A stretch of DNA of 64,000 nt from NCBI GenBank assembly GCA_040285745.1, contig JAUFOR010000002.1, positions 1,984,001 to 2,048,000 of the forward strand. The letters are read 5' to 3'. Position numbers and translations under genes: made by a program. The DNA comes from Barthelona sp. PCE. Lineage: Eukaryota. How positions within the stretch are numbered: position 1 is the first letter of the stretch; each line of letters begins with the position of its first letter. This document shows, in pieces, positions 31,301 through 40,777 of this stretch. A model generated the notes under the pieces. The model was given only the letters and a program-made list of their open reading frames with translations, had not been told where the DNA came from and searched no databases.

Positions 31301-33160
31301 GTATTAACTATTTTATCCAAATTTATGCCTCAAATGGCAAAGTCTCTTGTACCTGTTTTCCTTACCAACCTCGATCTGGTTGCTGTGCGCACAATTGCGC
31401 TCTTTGCATCCATTTCCCCAGTTGCTATATCTGTTCATATCCAAAAGATTTTGAACACTGCAATCGAAACATTACAAGAATCAGAGCAGCAAGCAGAGAT
31501 GCTCACTGCTATTGGTGTCATCCTTGAGCGTCTTGATGATTCTGAGTCCATTCTGCTCGGTCTCAAGAAGAACCTGGAAGCACCTGTTGCTGAGAAGCGT
31601 AACTGTACATTGCAGCTCATGTCTGTCTGGTTACATGGCGGTGTCTCAATCGATGTTAATTCTCTTCTGAGCCTCTGGTTCCAGCTGTTGGATATGCTCA
31701 CAACCCCTGAGCCCAATACTCATGCGTTAATTGCAAGTGTTTTCGAACCCCTCCTCAAGATTACGAACAAACAGTTGGTCAAGGAGATCTCAAGTCACTT
31801 GCAGGACATGTACACAAAGTTGGTCTTGGAACACAGCATCAACGTAAACACTACAGATGTTATTCTTCCTGGTTTCGCCAACGCATCAGTCTTTGAACCT
31901 CTTCTTAAGAGAGCCCTAAATTTTGCTGGAGATTCTTCGGCTACAATGATTCAGATGAGTCTCACTCTTATCAGAGCTATTGTTCGGCTTGTTCCTGCTG
32001 ATGTTTTAAGTGATCAACTTAAGCTTATTATCGGTTGTGTTGTTCGTGAACTCATGAAGAAGCAGCTTTCCGCCAGTGAGAGCAGATATCTTGCCATGAT
32101 GGCCCTCAAGACCATCATGAATAAGTACGTATTTGTCTCTACCACTGTACAAAAACGCTACTCAATGGTTGTCACACAGTTCGCTCAACCTCTTTCTTTG
32201 GTTCTTCCTTTCAATGTTACTGATAACGCAGAGCGCGTGCGTAACCTTGCAGTTGAGATCTTTGGTGATCTTAGCCAGTTCTTCGTTGCCACCGCTCCCA
32301 TTTTCACAATGCTGCTCAGGGTTCTACCAACTTGCCCCAATGATTCATCACTTGTTTCATTTGCTCAGATGGTCCGCTTAGGTCTTCTCAAGTCCCGTAC
32401 CGTTATGTTGCCGACCTTAAAGACTGTCATCAATATTATTCATGAAGGTGAGTTTGATGATAATGAACTTGTTTGCTATAATTTCGTACGTATCTGGCAA
32501 GGTGTTATTAAGCATCTTCCTGAGAATATGATTGATGAGATCCAGTCTTTCTACAGTGAAATGGTACACAACGACACACAGGCTCAACGTATTGCATTTA
32601 TATTCTTTGCCTCTTTACTATACTCTGGTAAAGGTAATGCATATGTTTCCACTGTTGTTCAGAGTTGTTTCCCATTGCTCCGTGACAAGACCGCGCGTGT
32701 ATCTCTTCGTGTTGTCGCACTCCGCACTTACATTGCATGTATTTACGCATCAGATAACGTTACACTCATCTCAATCCTTGAAGGATCGTATGATTTCGTC
32801 GAAGATATGACTACTGATTTGAAAATTGATCTTCTTGAAGGTCTTTGTGAAATATTCACTGAAGAATTCATTGAAGAACGACTCATGTGTGATGAAGCTC
32901 ACGTTATCGCTATGCTACGTGTTGTGTTACGTATTGCCAGTACTCCAAGGAATATTGCCAAGGCAGCCATTGGCTTCTTGGTTGGTAAATGTGTGCGCTA
33001 TAATGAAGAGAAGGAAGCATATCTTAACCATTTATTATCACTAAATTTGATGCCACAAGGTGAAGCTTCAAAGCTTTCTGCCTATGTGAATCGCTACCTT
33101 AGTCGTGAGGCATTTTCCGATCCCTTCACTAATGAGCATTGTTGGCTCTCTCATAAGTAA
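25355..33160 (+). CDS. GCN1: GCN1 HEAT-repeat translational regulator
   Basis: About 2600 aa. PSESVQKSIAKSL, RRGACYGYAG, FNRVFEPY, LDAASVSLLMPIVKRG and ERSGAAQGLA are GCN1 hallmarks. First ATG at 25355. Confidence 0.92.
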   Translation: MQASLHQLTEQLSCRDLIGVYEELRSSFSENETISNSDLGIIVKAIPTHSATHWENVDFSSMMEKFVRDLVAQYPISSVGLVRLALKTVKTALVDYYLQCFPVVLSSEPVRNLLNTNTKAAVSFCNFMVMLTTKALKAHPLDRVYTFAHAITAPMLKVFTKGGLFSKLDNASAILVFRHLFDQEQVKNFFCNKVMLTSNPLSKVLTPIVKDFLLEQEDHEPFIAQWNRCARRSPKVAIAFAEMFFDCNITLPPDLLMNLIDRDFKTSSPSITPKFLCIVCSAHIEALYTVMEHLRSGKTEIVTIIVSALLKLVNIIDHDIIDIDRVFSILVECLNNKRLQIPNVLSQLSSVMAYLIEFVNIRRYDLSIVSDLVKTPSSRSAIMPLFSNPFAQYDVTEEMRELFRDIDTSSELAIFRSISTISNLHIDDTIHKLFDHPPRIFFTPQEKNIRDAYNCYLSIGLRCADIGLEPSQRFMNLFATALQRRKAFSSRLFERALFGNRTLVYFMMSQLLTLPNNKMLADSLVKVALRGSVLDDRELTYIVLYGLKCGVESDDISALWSKINDVVPFFLSATPKALNAFSSNDIPSRVLLPFMRQFNEIINPLVVALEDLSEYDKQLFKHDLNTVLDRNLCAAISAVDTELVELKEFVAKIKPQHQVNDDQWLLQEKNSRRLEVLEAAQHERDWLTNDDELESYDEARRVEADRKLVIDTSVTRLAFVLDTVVNMVSDISIAGGLEFSDMVTRLYSLHFLPAIVESTKAFLLALLAHCNVQGEAIVDVCWSVAGLERKNGYLSDYFDDRELVADAVDALVSICSPELVSLSFFILNLFVDENLTSTDEFDRIISWIFQGMMNGSTLMIPYFYKLVERAIDRCLPQQVQVLIQLSSEVTPQFDAVTKWRDVYTAETITNSDYFVEFVLCTLQVFPGIIEDVDVCVDVLILAADTRNTVLAPIADAVFASKCETLLNKNIIVPVAPIDSSMHDRVKSVIDGAETRIVQPFVRFNDLLQRNESHITDRVLEAVKMAWEMCKMHVSFKDLAYGLIVHYHVLWSSIFENPRNYSNPNTKKIKRSVRDLTRDQRLSTLRIIEELTKCNVSFDEVHDVVVFIMITVTQTVCDMHEPVTDVCTSIITNLIPSIAAENLVETIDFFHFFFDTVAAIMESYTKAKTHVGDNALGQVFLEKLRASEASYVNRVRVSIILMLASATCRLSLADNTETVLGSLAQLLDALRLPSESVQKSIAKSLQSILKTLKAKELAESHILQPLKLLIKSDEDLHIRRGACYGYAGVLRAFGVRSIKEYAFIDFFNELSLEKSPNMRESAIMLVGALSFLFNRVFEPYFLQVFSTVMQLHSDRNPSVRVVADGVLKVVMVKLSKNGVDQVLPDVLDQLSSVKWRLRTGSARMLAVLSYCAPNIIAKYLPSIVRSLCDLAVDTHDEVAKAAKEALSVVGSVVQSAEIVRHIEIVVNALSKPAVFIPKALDVLANTRFTTSLDAASVSLLMPIVKRGIEFKRSDVKNNAVRLISVIGVLCERDDILIYSDDLFKALMNNIVDAIPRVREITALAVGSLTKTLGFEHINPLRQWCETTMINADASLERSGAAQGLANILAALGINTLRAYSKRAYEMATDMRYPMETRDGYLYFWYHLSSAFRERFSEFVPQGLEVMMIAFSMPEPNLHRIAISIGESLIKRFGCSTPIPFAEVLIQGMTSEKVAIRSSTILVMAKFLRQLMDFKMAKKIQDWKEQSNDEDTITKKMGELNKLKAGSTEDVIYEQALGPLWVDVVAYMFYLRSDIADNVKQGAMSAWGNLIQNKGPTLRKYASSIVKRIASVLRQSVEFHLARFDYKGMNVDRLVSDIDAVMPDLVMTTRSAISDLCSILKMQAVDHVIKSVAEYCKSDAIEDKLTGLFLIQGICYGSVGALGAKSFELASHVKNFIMMDDYVLRLHVCQTYAAITHGFGPKCLDSTLNVILGGMSTDQETSTKVLTILSKFMPQMAKSLVPVFLTNLDLVAVRTIALFASISPVAISVHIQKILNTAIETLQESEQQAEMLTAIGVILERLDDSESILLGLKKNLEAPVAEKRNCTLQLMSVWLHGGVSIDVNSLLSLWFQLLDMLTTPEPNTHALIASVFEPLLKITNKQLVKEISSHLQDMYTKLVLEHSINVNTTDVILPGFANASVFEPLLKRALNFAGDSSATMIQMSLTLIRAIVRLVPADVLSDQLKLIIGCVVRELMKKQLSASESRYLAMMALKTIMNKYVFVSTTVQKRYSMVVTQFAQPLSLVLPFNVTDNAERVRNLAVEIFGDLSQFFVATAPIFTMLLRVLPTCPNDSSLVSFAQMVRLGLLKSRTVMLPTLKTVINIIHEGEFDDNELVCYNFVRIWQGVIKHLPENMIDEIQSFYSEMVHNDTQAQRIAFIFFASLLYSGKGNAYVSTVVQSCFPLLRDKTARVSLRVVALRTYIACIYASDNVTLISILEGSYDFVEDMTTDLKIDLLEGLCEIFTEEFIEERLMCDEAHVIAMLRVVLRIASTPRNIAKAAIGFLVGKCVRYNEEKEAYLNHLLSLNLMPQGEASKLSAYVNRYLSREAFSDPFTNEHCWLSHK

Positions 33161-33185
33161 ATTATTTTTATTTCACATACCATTA

Positions 33186-34571
33186 CTATGATCTGACAAT
33201 ATCCTCCAGATTAACTTCATCAAAATTCTCATCTTCACTTCCTGTCAGAGTTTGATTAGCCTCTGATTCCTTTAACTCCTCATACATATGTTCCAGATAG
33301 TGCACTGCTGTACTAAACACAGTTACATAATATCCGCTTCGTCCTTTACGCTCTCTAGGGTTGAGCAGTAGATAGACCATCTCGATGAGCGTGAAGCAAT
33401 ACGAAAGCTGACTTCTTACCAACACATAACTGTGAATGGGCAGATAAGTATCACCAGTGAGCAGAAATGAAGGATCTTTTGCCGAAATTTCCTGTTGTAC
33501 AAGCCTAGCGCTCTTGATTAGGAGATTGGCGACGATGTGGGGAGGGGATCGCACAGGATCAATGCCTGCAACCAGCCTTATCGGACCACTGAAATTTGCC
33601 TCAGTGATGCACTCTGGTGGAACACCGAAATAAGCAGAGTGCTCGTGTAAAAGCTTTGACTGAACATATCTCAACTTCTCCTCCTGATCAATAAACTCCT
33701 GACTGAGATGTGTGAACATAGCCGGATATATGTCTACAAGGACAAATGATAACACTGTTACCTCCACGATCTTACGAAGACCGACCTCGTCTAGGTCAAA
33801 AGACATATCTAGCAGAGTATATCCGTGATTCTCAACTATATAGTCTACAAACCAGTTCGTGAATTGCCTCACCTTTTTTGCTACTTTCCGTGCCCGTTTA
33901 GAAGTGTTGATTTCGGGCAACTGTTCCATGAACGATACCAGGGTGGCTGCTTCCGGTGAGTTTGGTTTTAACATGAGCTCACGAACCTCCATAACTACTC
34001 GTTCTGTCTCGCTTTTTCCTGTTAATTGTGCCAATTTTGATGTGGTCTCCGAGTCACGTAGCGGTGCTTCGGTCGATATATCGATGTTTAAACTCGGATC
34101 AGCCATACTTACAATACTGAAATGGGATTTTGACTGTGAAAACCCAATTGTGTCAAGCGAAGGAATTGAGGGGGTCATCGGTGTCGGGAGACCAGCCTTC
34201 ATATCTACGGATGCAAGGCGCTCCTCTTCATGTTCGTTCTGCTCTTGTAACCGTTGATTAAGTCGTTGTGAAATTTCCAAAACTATTTGGGGGGCAACGG
34301 GTGACATGTAATGGAAATCGTGGTCAGTTGTATACGATATCACAAAATTTTCTGTATCTTGCAACTTTAATCCACTAATCTCTGAATAAGGAAATCTTTT
34401 GGTTACTATAATATCTTTTTTAACGTTCTCAATGTGTGAGTTCGTTAGGCGGAGTGTCCTTGGCTGAATTCTACCACGATGATTCTTCTTCCGTACTGCA
34501 AAAGAGAGTTCAGGGAAGTTGAAAGACTCCTGATTTGATTCTAATGTTACAATACCAGGGACTTCAGTCAT
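33186..34571 (-). CDS. VPS9-domain Rab5-family GEF with N-terminal PH-like domain
   Basis: C-terminal LTGDTYLPIHSYVLVRS...GRSGYYVTVFSTAVHYL. N-terminal FAVRKKNHRGRIQPRTLRLT. Confidence 0.8.
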   Translation of the reverse strand: MTEVPGIVTLESNQESFNFPELSFAVRKKNHRGRIQPRTLRLTNSHIENVKKDIIVTKRFPYSEISGLKLQDTENFVISYTTDHDFHYMSPVAPQIVLEISQRLNQRLQEQNEHEEERLASVDMKAGLPTPMTPSIPSLDTIGFSQSKSHFSIVSMADPSLNIDISTEAPLRDSETTSKLAQLTGKSETERVVMEVRELMLKPNSPEAATLVSFMEQLPEINTSKRARKVAKKVRQFTNWFVDYIVENHGYTLLDMSFDLDEVGLRKIVEVTVLSFVLVDIYPAMFTHLSQEFIDQEEKLRYVQSKLLHEHSAYFGVPPECITEANFSGPIRLVAGIDPVRSPPHIVANLLIKSARLVQQEISAKDPSFLLTGDTYLPIHSYVLVRSQLSYCFTLIEMVYLLLNPRERKGRSGYYVTVFSTAVHYLEHMYEELKESEANQTLTGSEDENFDEVNLEDIVRS

Positions 34572-34981
34572 GATGATGCAAAGAGGCAGCCATGATCGAT
34601 ACTTAAAAAAATGGGAAGAAAGAGATGAGAAAAACAAAAACATTTTTAATGCCTGTTGTAATATTAATTTATCTACTATACTTATGAGAAAACATTGCAA
34701 AATAAAAGGTTTAGCATTTATTCAAAGAGCTAAAATGAAAACTACGACTGCCGGATTTAAAAAAAAGTGAAAGTTTCTTATCCCATTGCTAATCTTTTAA
34801 AGCAATGAAATGCAGTATTTTCCTTATTTAAAATACAACTAAACACTTAAAAGTCACAAAAAGAACTAAGAACAAGCTCAGATGGCTGAAAACCTGATTT
34901 TCCTATTATCTACCTTTTAGCTCATCTGGAATTTAAGAGTACTTTTTCAAGGGAACTTATATTTTTGTGCTTAAAAATTAA

Positions 34982-36898
34982 ATGCCAAGAATACAACAGC
35001 ATATTTTTTGTGATATTGGTGTCATCAACACTAATTCCTCACGTAGTATCTTTGAGCCAAAGGGGTTTACGCCCAAACCGTCTGAATCAACTTTTATGAT
35101 TGTTCAAAACACAAAGGACACCATAATTTGTCCATGCATAAGTTCACAATTACATCAGTGCAGTAGGCGGAATATTTTTTATAAAAACAGCAATGATATT
35201 CGTAGAAACGAAGGCATAACGTTTTATGAAATGAGTGATGGAGAATTTAACAAGATGCATTCTATCAAATTTGATTTTGACATCAGGATAGGTGCTTTTT
35301 TGGTACTCAGCGAACGTTTTATGATTGCGTATTTTCCGGGTGTTTCATATACAGTGGACATGTATACCAAGGAGATTCAGGAAATAGATTATGTTTCAGC
35401 TTTTAGGCTAATGGAAACAGTTTTTTTTCAGGACATTGAGAATAATTTTTTAACTCCAATTATTGTTGGTGATAAATTGAAACTGGTCAAATTCACCTTA
35501 CCCCCATTAACAAACGTTAAAGTTATTGAAATTATTAATACCAAACACCCTTCCTTTTTTTTCTTAGATAGAAATTTTTTGTTTCATGTATCCATTGTTG
35601 GAGAATTTGTACAGATCACTGAACAACCCAAAATCGCTGATTGTTTTATTCGGGATGGTGCTAAAAAGTGTTTTTTTTCAAACGGTATCTACTACTTTCA
35701 TGTATCATTTATTGACGACACATTCATTGGGTATGATGTGTCGGGTGACAAATCTGTCCGCTCTTTTGATGTGTCAGGAGCACAATATAACAATCTTATA
35801 CACGTTGATGAAGTCATTTACGGGTTAGTTGATGATTTAATGATTCCTCTCAGTGTTGAATGCAATATTTCTGGGTTTGGGTTGCTCCCTGACATCCACT
35901 GCTCTCTTTTTGTGCGGGATGGCATTAATTTTCCCATTATAGCAACGCATAACCATATGATGAGCATCGACATATTCAGTGATGAACCCAATGTTTCCAT
36001 ATATGGGGCTGTTGAGGAAGGAACTAAGACGTTTTTTAACCTTGAAGTCTACGTTGACAAGGGAGAAATCACGAAAAACCAGTTGTATATGGACAGAGAT
36101 GAAGTTTTTGTTTACGATGGAGATGATCTGCTTTACTCTGATCATATGGTACTGGACAAATATGATAGTTTATGGTACATATCAGGAGCAATGATTTTCT
36201 TGGGTAGCAGTTTCAATGCCTCGATTTTCATCAATTCCGTTGAATACTCCGCACCGGCTGGTAATGACTGGCTTGTGTGCACGGCTTCGGGCAATACAAT
36301 GTGGCTAACTGGATCAACCTTCACAGGTATTGTCGTATTTGATAGTTTCGGGAAGGTTACACAATTTAGCACAGTTGAAAATGGTGAAGATTCTTATGTT
36401 TTTGTGTTGCCTAATTTTTATAATCCTTTACTGGCACTGTCTTTCAACGATACGGTATCTTGTGTAAGATATAATCCCGATACCAGAACTTTCTGCAGTT
36501 TTACTGTCGAAGAAGCAGGTAATAGTTGTATGAAAAGGAACTGTAACTTTGTGGATGAGGACGTAGTTCTTCTTGAAAATAGAATGTACCGTATAACCAA
36601 TGACACAGCCGAACGAATTGATTTAGAGCTTCCCTGGAACTGTCGTTCATCTATTCAATATAACTTTCAGGTTTTTAAACAAACACTTTATCGGCTTCAT
36701 TTACATTTAGACGGTTATGACCTGGTCTTTGACACACTGAAATTCAAAGATAACTATACAAGTTACGATTGCGAAACGAAGAAGTGCAATATTTTGGAAG
36801 CGATAAAGAATAATGGAAGTTTCTTTCCAATATCAGAGGTAAGGAAGCGTTTTTTACAAGAGCTTGTACAATATAATCATAATAATCATCCTGTGTAA
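34982..36898 (+). CDS. Orphan beta-rich protein of 638 aa, paralogous to 13142..15076
   Basis: Long ATG-started ORF with short motifs shared with the 13 kb ORF at both ends. Confidence 0.7.
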   Translation: MPRIQQHIFCDIGVINTNSSRSIFEPKGFTPKPSESTFMIVQNTKDTIICPCISSQLHQCSRRNIFYKNSNDIRRNEGITFYEMSDGEFNKMHSIKFDFDIRIGAFLVLSERFMIAYFPGVSYTVDMYTKEIQEIDYVSAFRLMETVFFQDIENNFLTPIIVGDKLKLVKFTLPPLTNVKVIEIINTKHPSFFFLDRNFLFHVSIVGEFVQITEQPKIADCFIRDGAKKCFFSNGIYYFHVSFIDDTFIGYDVSGDKSVRSFDVSGAQYNNLIHVDEVIYGLVDDLMIPLSVECNISGFGLLPDIHCSLFVRDGINFPIIATHNHMMSIDIFSDEPNVSIYGAVEEGTKTFFNLEVYVDKGEITKNQLYMDRDEVFVYDGDDLLYSDHMVLDKYDSLWYISGAMIFLGSSFNASIFINSVEYSAPAGNDWLVCTASGNTMWLTGSTFTGIVVFDSFGKVTQFSTVENGEDSYVFVLPNFYNPLLALSFNDTVSCVRYNPDTRTFCSFTVEEAGNSCMKRNCNFVDEDVVLLENRMYRITNDTAERIDLELPWNCRSSIQYNFQVFKQTLYRLHLHLDGYDLVFDTLKFKDNYTSYDCETKKCNILEAIKNNGSFFPISEVRKRFLQELVQYNHNNHPV

Positions 36899-36946
36899 TT
36901 AAATATTTTTATTACTAGAATCATTGTTCTGATACATCTACCTATG

Positions 36947-37513
36947 CTACTTTTGTTGTCGTATCTGATCGATACGTGCGATGAGGGGACGGAGACTAGG
37001 TGGGATAAATGATGAAACTTCATTGGTTGACAATAAACGATATATTCCATTCCAGATACTCCGTCCAACTTGGTCAACGTCATTCTTTAAGAACTGATAA
37101 GCTGCAGCGATGGAACCGTTGGTGTTATACACGGTGTTTGAAAGCACTGGTTCCATAACATTATCGAATAATGGGAGAGCTTCACTCGAAGGAATAAAAC
37201 TTTCTTTAGAACAATACTCGAACGCCCAAGAAATAAATCCACTCAACTCAAACTTGTCATTTTTCATTGTTTCAAAACTATTTTCAGCCCACAAATCAAA
37301 ATCTGAGGCAGTATGAATGCTTTCACATTTAACAAACGATATGATATCTTTCCTGGGCGCTTCTCCCATGACTTCCCAGCAGTTATCGTATGCAAAGATA
37401 AACATTTCTAAATCATCAACATCGTGAAAAACAATCCCACAAAAACGCTGAAACTGTTCAAACGTTAATAATTCGTGGTCTGACTCCTCCAACTCCCTGA
37501 TAAATCTGTCCAT
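36947..37513 (-). CDS. Possible divergent DCN1-like (PONY domain) protein
   Basis: QFQRFC...DDLEMFIFAY, FISWAFEY, YQFLK...VGRSIWNG and PLIARI loosely follow the DCN1 pattern. Confidence 0.45.
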   Translation of the reverse strand: MDRFIRELEESDHELLTFEQFQRFCGIVFHDVDDLEMFIFAYDNCWEVMGEAPRKDIISFVKCESIHTASDFDLWAENSFETMKNDKFELSGFISWAFEYCSKESFIPSSEALPLFDNVMEPVLSNTVYNTNGSIAAAYQFLKNDVDQVGRSIWNGIYRLLSTNEVSSFIPPSLRPLIARIDQIRQQK

Positions 37514-37583
37514 AAGTGTGTGCTAAGTTAAAAACGTCCAATAATAATGATAAAAGAAAAACCAAGAAAAACTCTCATTTACA

Positions 37584-40493
37584 CTATTCAGATACCACAA
37601 CAATTGCAGAACTCTCGACATATTCCATAATACGCCTGAAAATAAACTTTCCCTTCTCTTGAGTAGAACTCAACGAAACACAAGTGTCCAAAAAATCTTT
37701 TCCGTCGAAATAACCCAACTTCTTGACACGTAAGCAATACTTCCGCATTGAATTACCAATTGAATCCCCATACTGAGGTGACATTTCCCTTAATCCATCA
37801 AGAACAAACTTTAAATTCATCCTTGAACCAAATATGCTTAAATTCACACGATTCCTGAGAGAAATCCAGTTATGCAGTACGATATGTTTGCTTCCACCCA
37901 TGGAAAAATTCTTCATTGTGCTCAAAAACTTTCGTAATCTTTCTAATTTCTTTCTTATATTAGTTAGCGCTGTCATAACATTGAAATTATCAACCTCAAT
38001 GTTCTGGAAGTCGGAATATTCACTGAAATAGAACAAGAAATCACTAAACGTTAGCTTCTTCAAATGACACAAGGAACACGTTCCAACGAATGACTGTATG
38101 ACTTCTAAAGTCGATTCATCGAAAGCATTAATCGAAAAGAAACGAGTTTTTGTGTAACGTTTCTGTTCAATCTCACAATTAACCAACAAAACAGTTGGAC
38201 TATCACAACAGTAATCTATTGACTCAAGAGTTGCTGAATCGACACTACCGTCCACCACAAACAGGGGCACGTCCTTTTGCGGGACAGTGCGATGCGCAAA
38301 GCAGATGTATGCCTCCTTACTTTGGTGTTTGACAACATCTTCATTGTCTTCTCCTACTTCGATACCAAAAAACCGATTAATGGCTGCGAGGTTGTGTGTA
38401 ATTAGCTGTATAGGGAAGAAATTATCAGAAAACCTGTCCAAAACTTTGGACCAAAGATTTAACTCAACTTCAACAGTTTTCTTCTTCAACACAACCTTCT
38501 TTCGGCGTGGGGTGTGCTCCTCCACAGCCTGAGCCTTTGTGGCATCTGCGCTGATTGTTCTTGATCTTGATTCTGCATTAATATTCACTTTGAACGGATT
38601 AAAAACGAAACCTTTTGTATTCCAGTTAAAAGTCTTTGTCTGGTGTTTTTTAATGTCTGCAACAGTTGCTGCCTTTGGTGCCATCAACGTTGATACCTTG
38701 CCAGAGCTCTTAGACTGTGAAATCGACTTCTTAGAAAGTGATAATGTTTTCTTGGTCATTGATACTCTATTTTTTGATGAATCTGACTTTTTAGAAACCT
38801 CTATCTTCTTGGTCATGAATGGGTTGCCTACACGTAGGAAAGATGATCTATCCACCTCTTTTTTGGGTTCTTCCTCTTTTCGTGGCTCTACCACCTTTTT
38901 TGGTAACATTTCAATCTTCTTGGGAGTAAGCACGATCTTTTTGGGGGTTTGAACAGTTTTCTTCCTTTCTACCTCAACCGGATCAGTTTTCACAGTGTCG
39001 TACAAAGAAATTTTAGGTTTCACTGCCGCCACCTTGGCAGAAGGTGTTAGAACTGGTGCAGTAGATAATAAAACGTTAATTGGGCTACCCACTGCTTGTT
39101 TCGGTTTTGACTTACCTCCCATGAAGCGAGAGAATGCAGTTGTACTCCATTTCTCACTGTTTTTGTTGGTTTTGTTTTTGTTTTGTTTTGGAGTTTGCAG
39201 CACCTCTTCTTCTTCCTCGCTGTCTTCTTCGCTTAGGTTTCGATAATCTTCTGTCTTCTTTGATAACATTGATAGTGTGATCTTCTTCCTTGGCTTTTCT
39301 TTCATTTTTAACGGACTCTGCTCGGATTTTTCTTGTTTTTTCTGTTTCGCTTCGAACGACACAGAGTCCAAGTCGCGAAAAACCGTTCCCTTATTAGTTT
39401 CTTCCTTAACAAAATTATTAGGTAAAATAATTTCACTATATTCGTCGACACCTGTTACTAAATTAAAAACTTCACTACGATTAATAGAAACACTATGACT
39501 GATTGGAGGCCAATTCTCTGAGGGTATAAAATCAGTTAGATCGATAACTCCTGATGAACAAGACATATTATAATGTTGTGCAATACCAATTACTTCATCA
39601 TCAGTTTCAAAGCTAAAAAGTGTCTTGAAAATAGACGCCCTGATCTTATAGCTCTTGCGTTTAATATTTGTTGATGAACAAAATGTAGTTACAGCATTAC
39701 CACGAAGATCAAAAAAGTATCGATCACTAATTGATTTAATTAGAAGCAAGTGTGTGTTATCAATTGTGTCCCAATCAGTTTGATTAAAGAGCCTTGAAAT
39801 AGCCATAAATTGACTGTGTTTGATGAGGTTTAAAAGTTTGAGAGTAAGTACCAATAAAGGTCTATTTGCAATTAAATTTTTCCACTTTCTCAAAAAGCTC
39901 TTTCTCAAGTTATAGCCATGCTCGTCGGCGTGCACTAACAGATACAGACAAATAAGAATATCTTTAACACGAAAATTGGATCGCCTCTTTTTCTTGTTAT
40001 AAGCATCAAAGAATGAAATTAACGACTGTTTCAACATCATAAAATTCTGGTTGGAGACATTGGAATCGTTAAGAAGAGGAATAGATATGCAATGAAAGTA
40101 AACTTGGCGTTCCAGCAAAGACAAAACCTTCTTATTCGAAAGTTCTTGCTGAAGGATATCCTTCCTAATTGCTCTGAAACGATCGCTGAGGAAGGAATTT
40201 ATGACCTTGAACGGCTGATCATTGAGAGTAGTGAGAGATTCAAGATACTTCTGGGTTCGAATCAAAACCTTTGGAGGTCTCAATTTTGTGACGTCTACTG
40301 TACCATCAGCTGCTGCACGGGGGTACTTCTTGACTGCTCTTGACATATCCGTCTGTGGAACACCCTCTAACTCTGTTCTTGGAATAATTTCCAGTGTATC
40401 GAGTGATTTAGTTTCTGTTCTGAGCCTAATCTCATCCAAAGAACACATGGATGTGCAAGTTCCCACGTGCTTGTCCCTCTGTTTGTTATTCAT
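37584..40493 (-). CDS. SAC3: SAC3/GANP domain protein with long K/P/S-rich middle region
   Basis: VGTCTSMC, AVKKYPRAAA, LRPPKVL and FLSDRFRAIRKDILQQ. ATG at 40493. Confidence 0.85.
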   Translation of the reverse strand: MNNKQRDKHVGTCTSMCSLDEIRLRTETKSLDTLEIIPRTELEGVPQTDMSRAVKKYPRAAADGTVDVTKLRPPKVLIRTQKYLESLTTLNDQPFKVINSFLSDRFRAIRKDILQQELSNKKVLSLLERQVYFHCISIPLLNDSNVSNQNFMMLKQSLISFFDAYNKKKRRSNFRVKDILICLYLLVHADEHGYNLRKSFLRKWKNLIANRPLLVLTLKLLNLIKHSQFMAISRLFNQTDWDTIDNTHLLLIKSISDRYFFDLRGNAVTTFCSSTNIKRKSYKIRASIFKTLFSFETDDEVIGIAQHYNMSCSSGVIDLTDFIPSENWPPISHSVSINRSEVFNLVTGVDEYSEIILPNNFVKEETNKGTVFRDLDSVSFEAKQKKQEKSEQSPLKMKEKPRKKITLSMLSKKTEDYRNLSEEDSEEEEEVLQTPKQNKNKTNKNSEKWSTTAFSRFMGGKSKPKQAVGSPINVLLSTAPVLTPSAKVAAVKPKISLYDTVKTDPVEVERKKTVQTPKKIVLTPKKIEMLPKKVVEPRKEEEPKKEVDRSSFLRVGNPFMTKKIEVSKKSDSSKNRVSMTKKTLSLSKKSISQSKSSGKVSTLMAPKAATVADIKKHQTKTFNWNTKGFVFNPFKVNINAESRSRTISADATKAQAVEEHTPRRKKVVLKKKTVEVELNLWSKVLDRFSDNFFPIQLITHNLAAINRFFGIEVGEDNEDVVKHQSKEAYICFAHRTVPQKDVPLFVVDGSVDSATLESIDYCCDSPTVLLVNCEIEQKRYTKTRFFSINAFDESTLEVIQSFVGTCSLCHLKKLTFSDFLFYFSEYSDFQNIEVDNFNVMTALTNIRKKLERLRKFLSTMKNFSMGGSKHIVLHNWISLRNRVNLSIFGSRMNLKFVLDGLREMSPQYGDSIGNSMRKYCLRVKKLGYFDGKDFLDTCVSLSSTQEKGKFIFRRIMEYVESSAIVVVSE

Positions 40494-40777
40494 TTGTGAG
40501 TGAAAGAGGTGTTTTGCGTAAAAACAGTTGATTACCTTCAATCATATTCTTTCACTCGCAGGCAATCGGTATAATAGAATTTTACTCGTATATAGCCCCA
40601 TACAACCCCATATGTATGTTCTAACGTATATGTAAAAAAATATGCACATTCTCAGTAAAAATGTGTATTTGTCTACACTGTAGCAGCTCTATCCACAGCA
40701 CAATCGTGTATGGGCAGACTCAGATAACTATAAACTATGAAACAACCCTACTTCCAATTTCTCTTACCCTTTCAAAG

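Noticed and set aside
40614-40655. GTATGT-CTAAC...CTCAG possible intron upstream of RRP5
   Set aside because: The branch motif sits directly against the donor, and the region is a divergent promoter.
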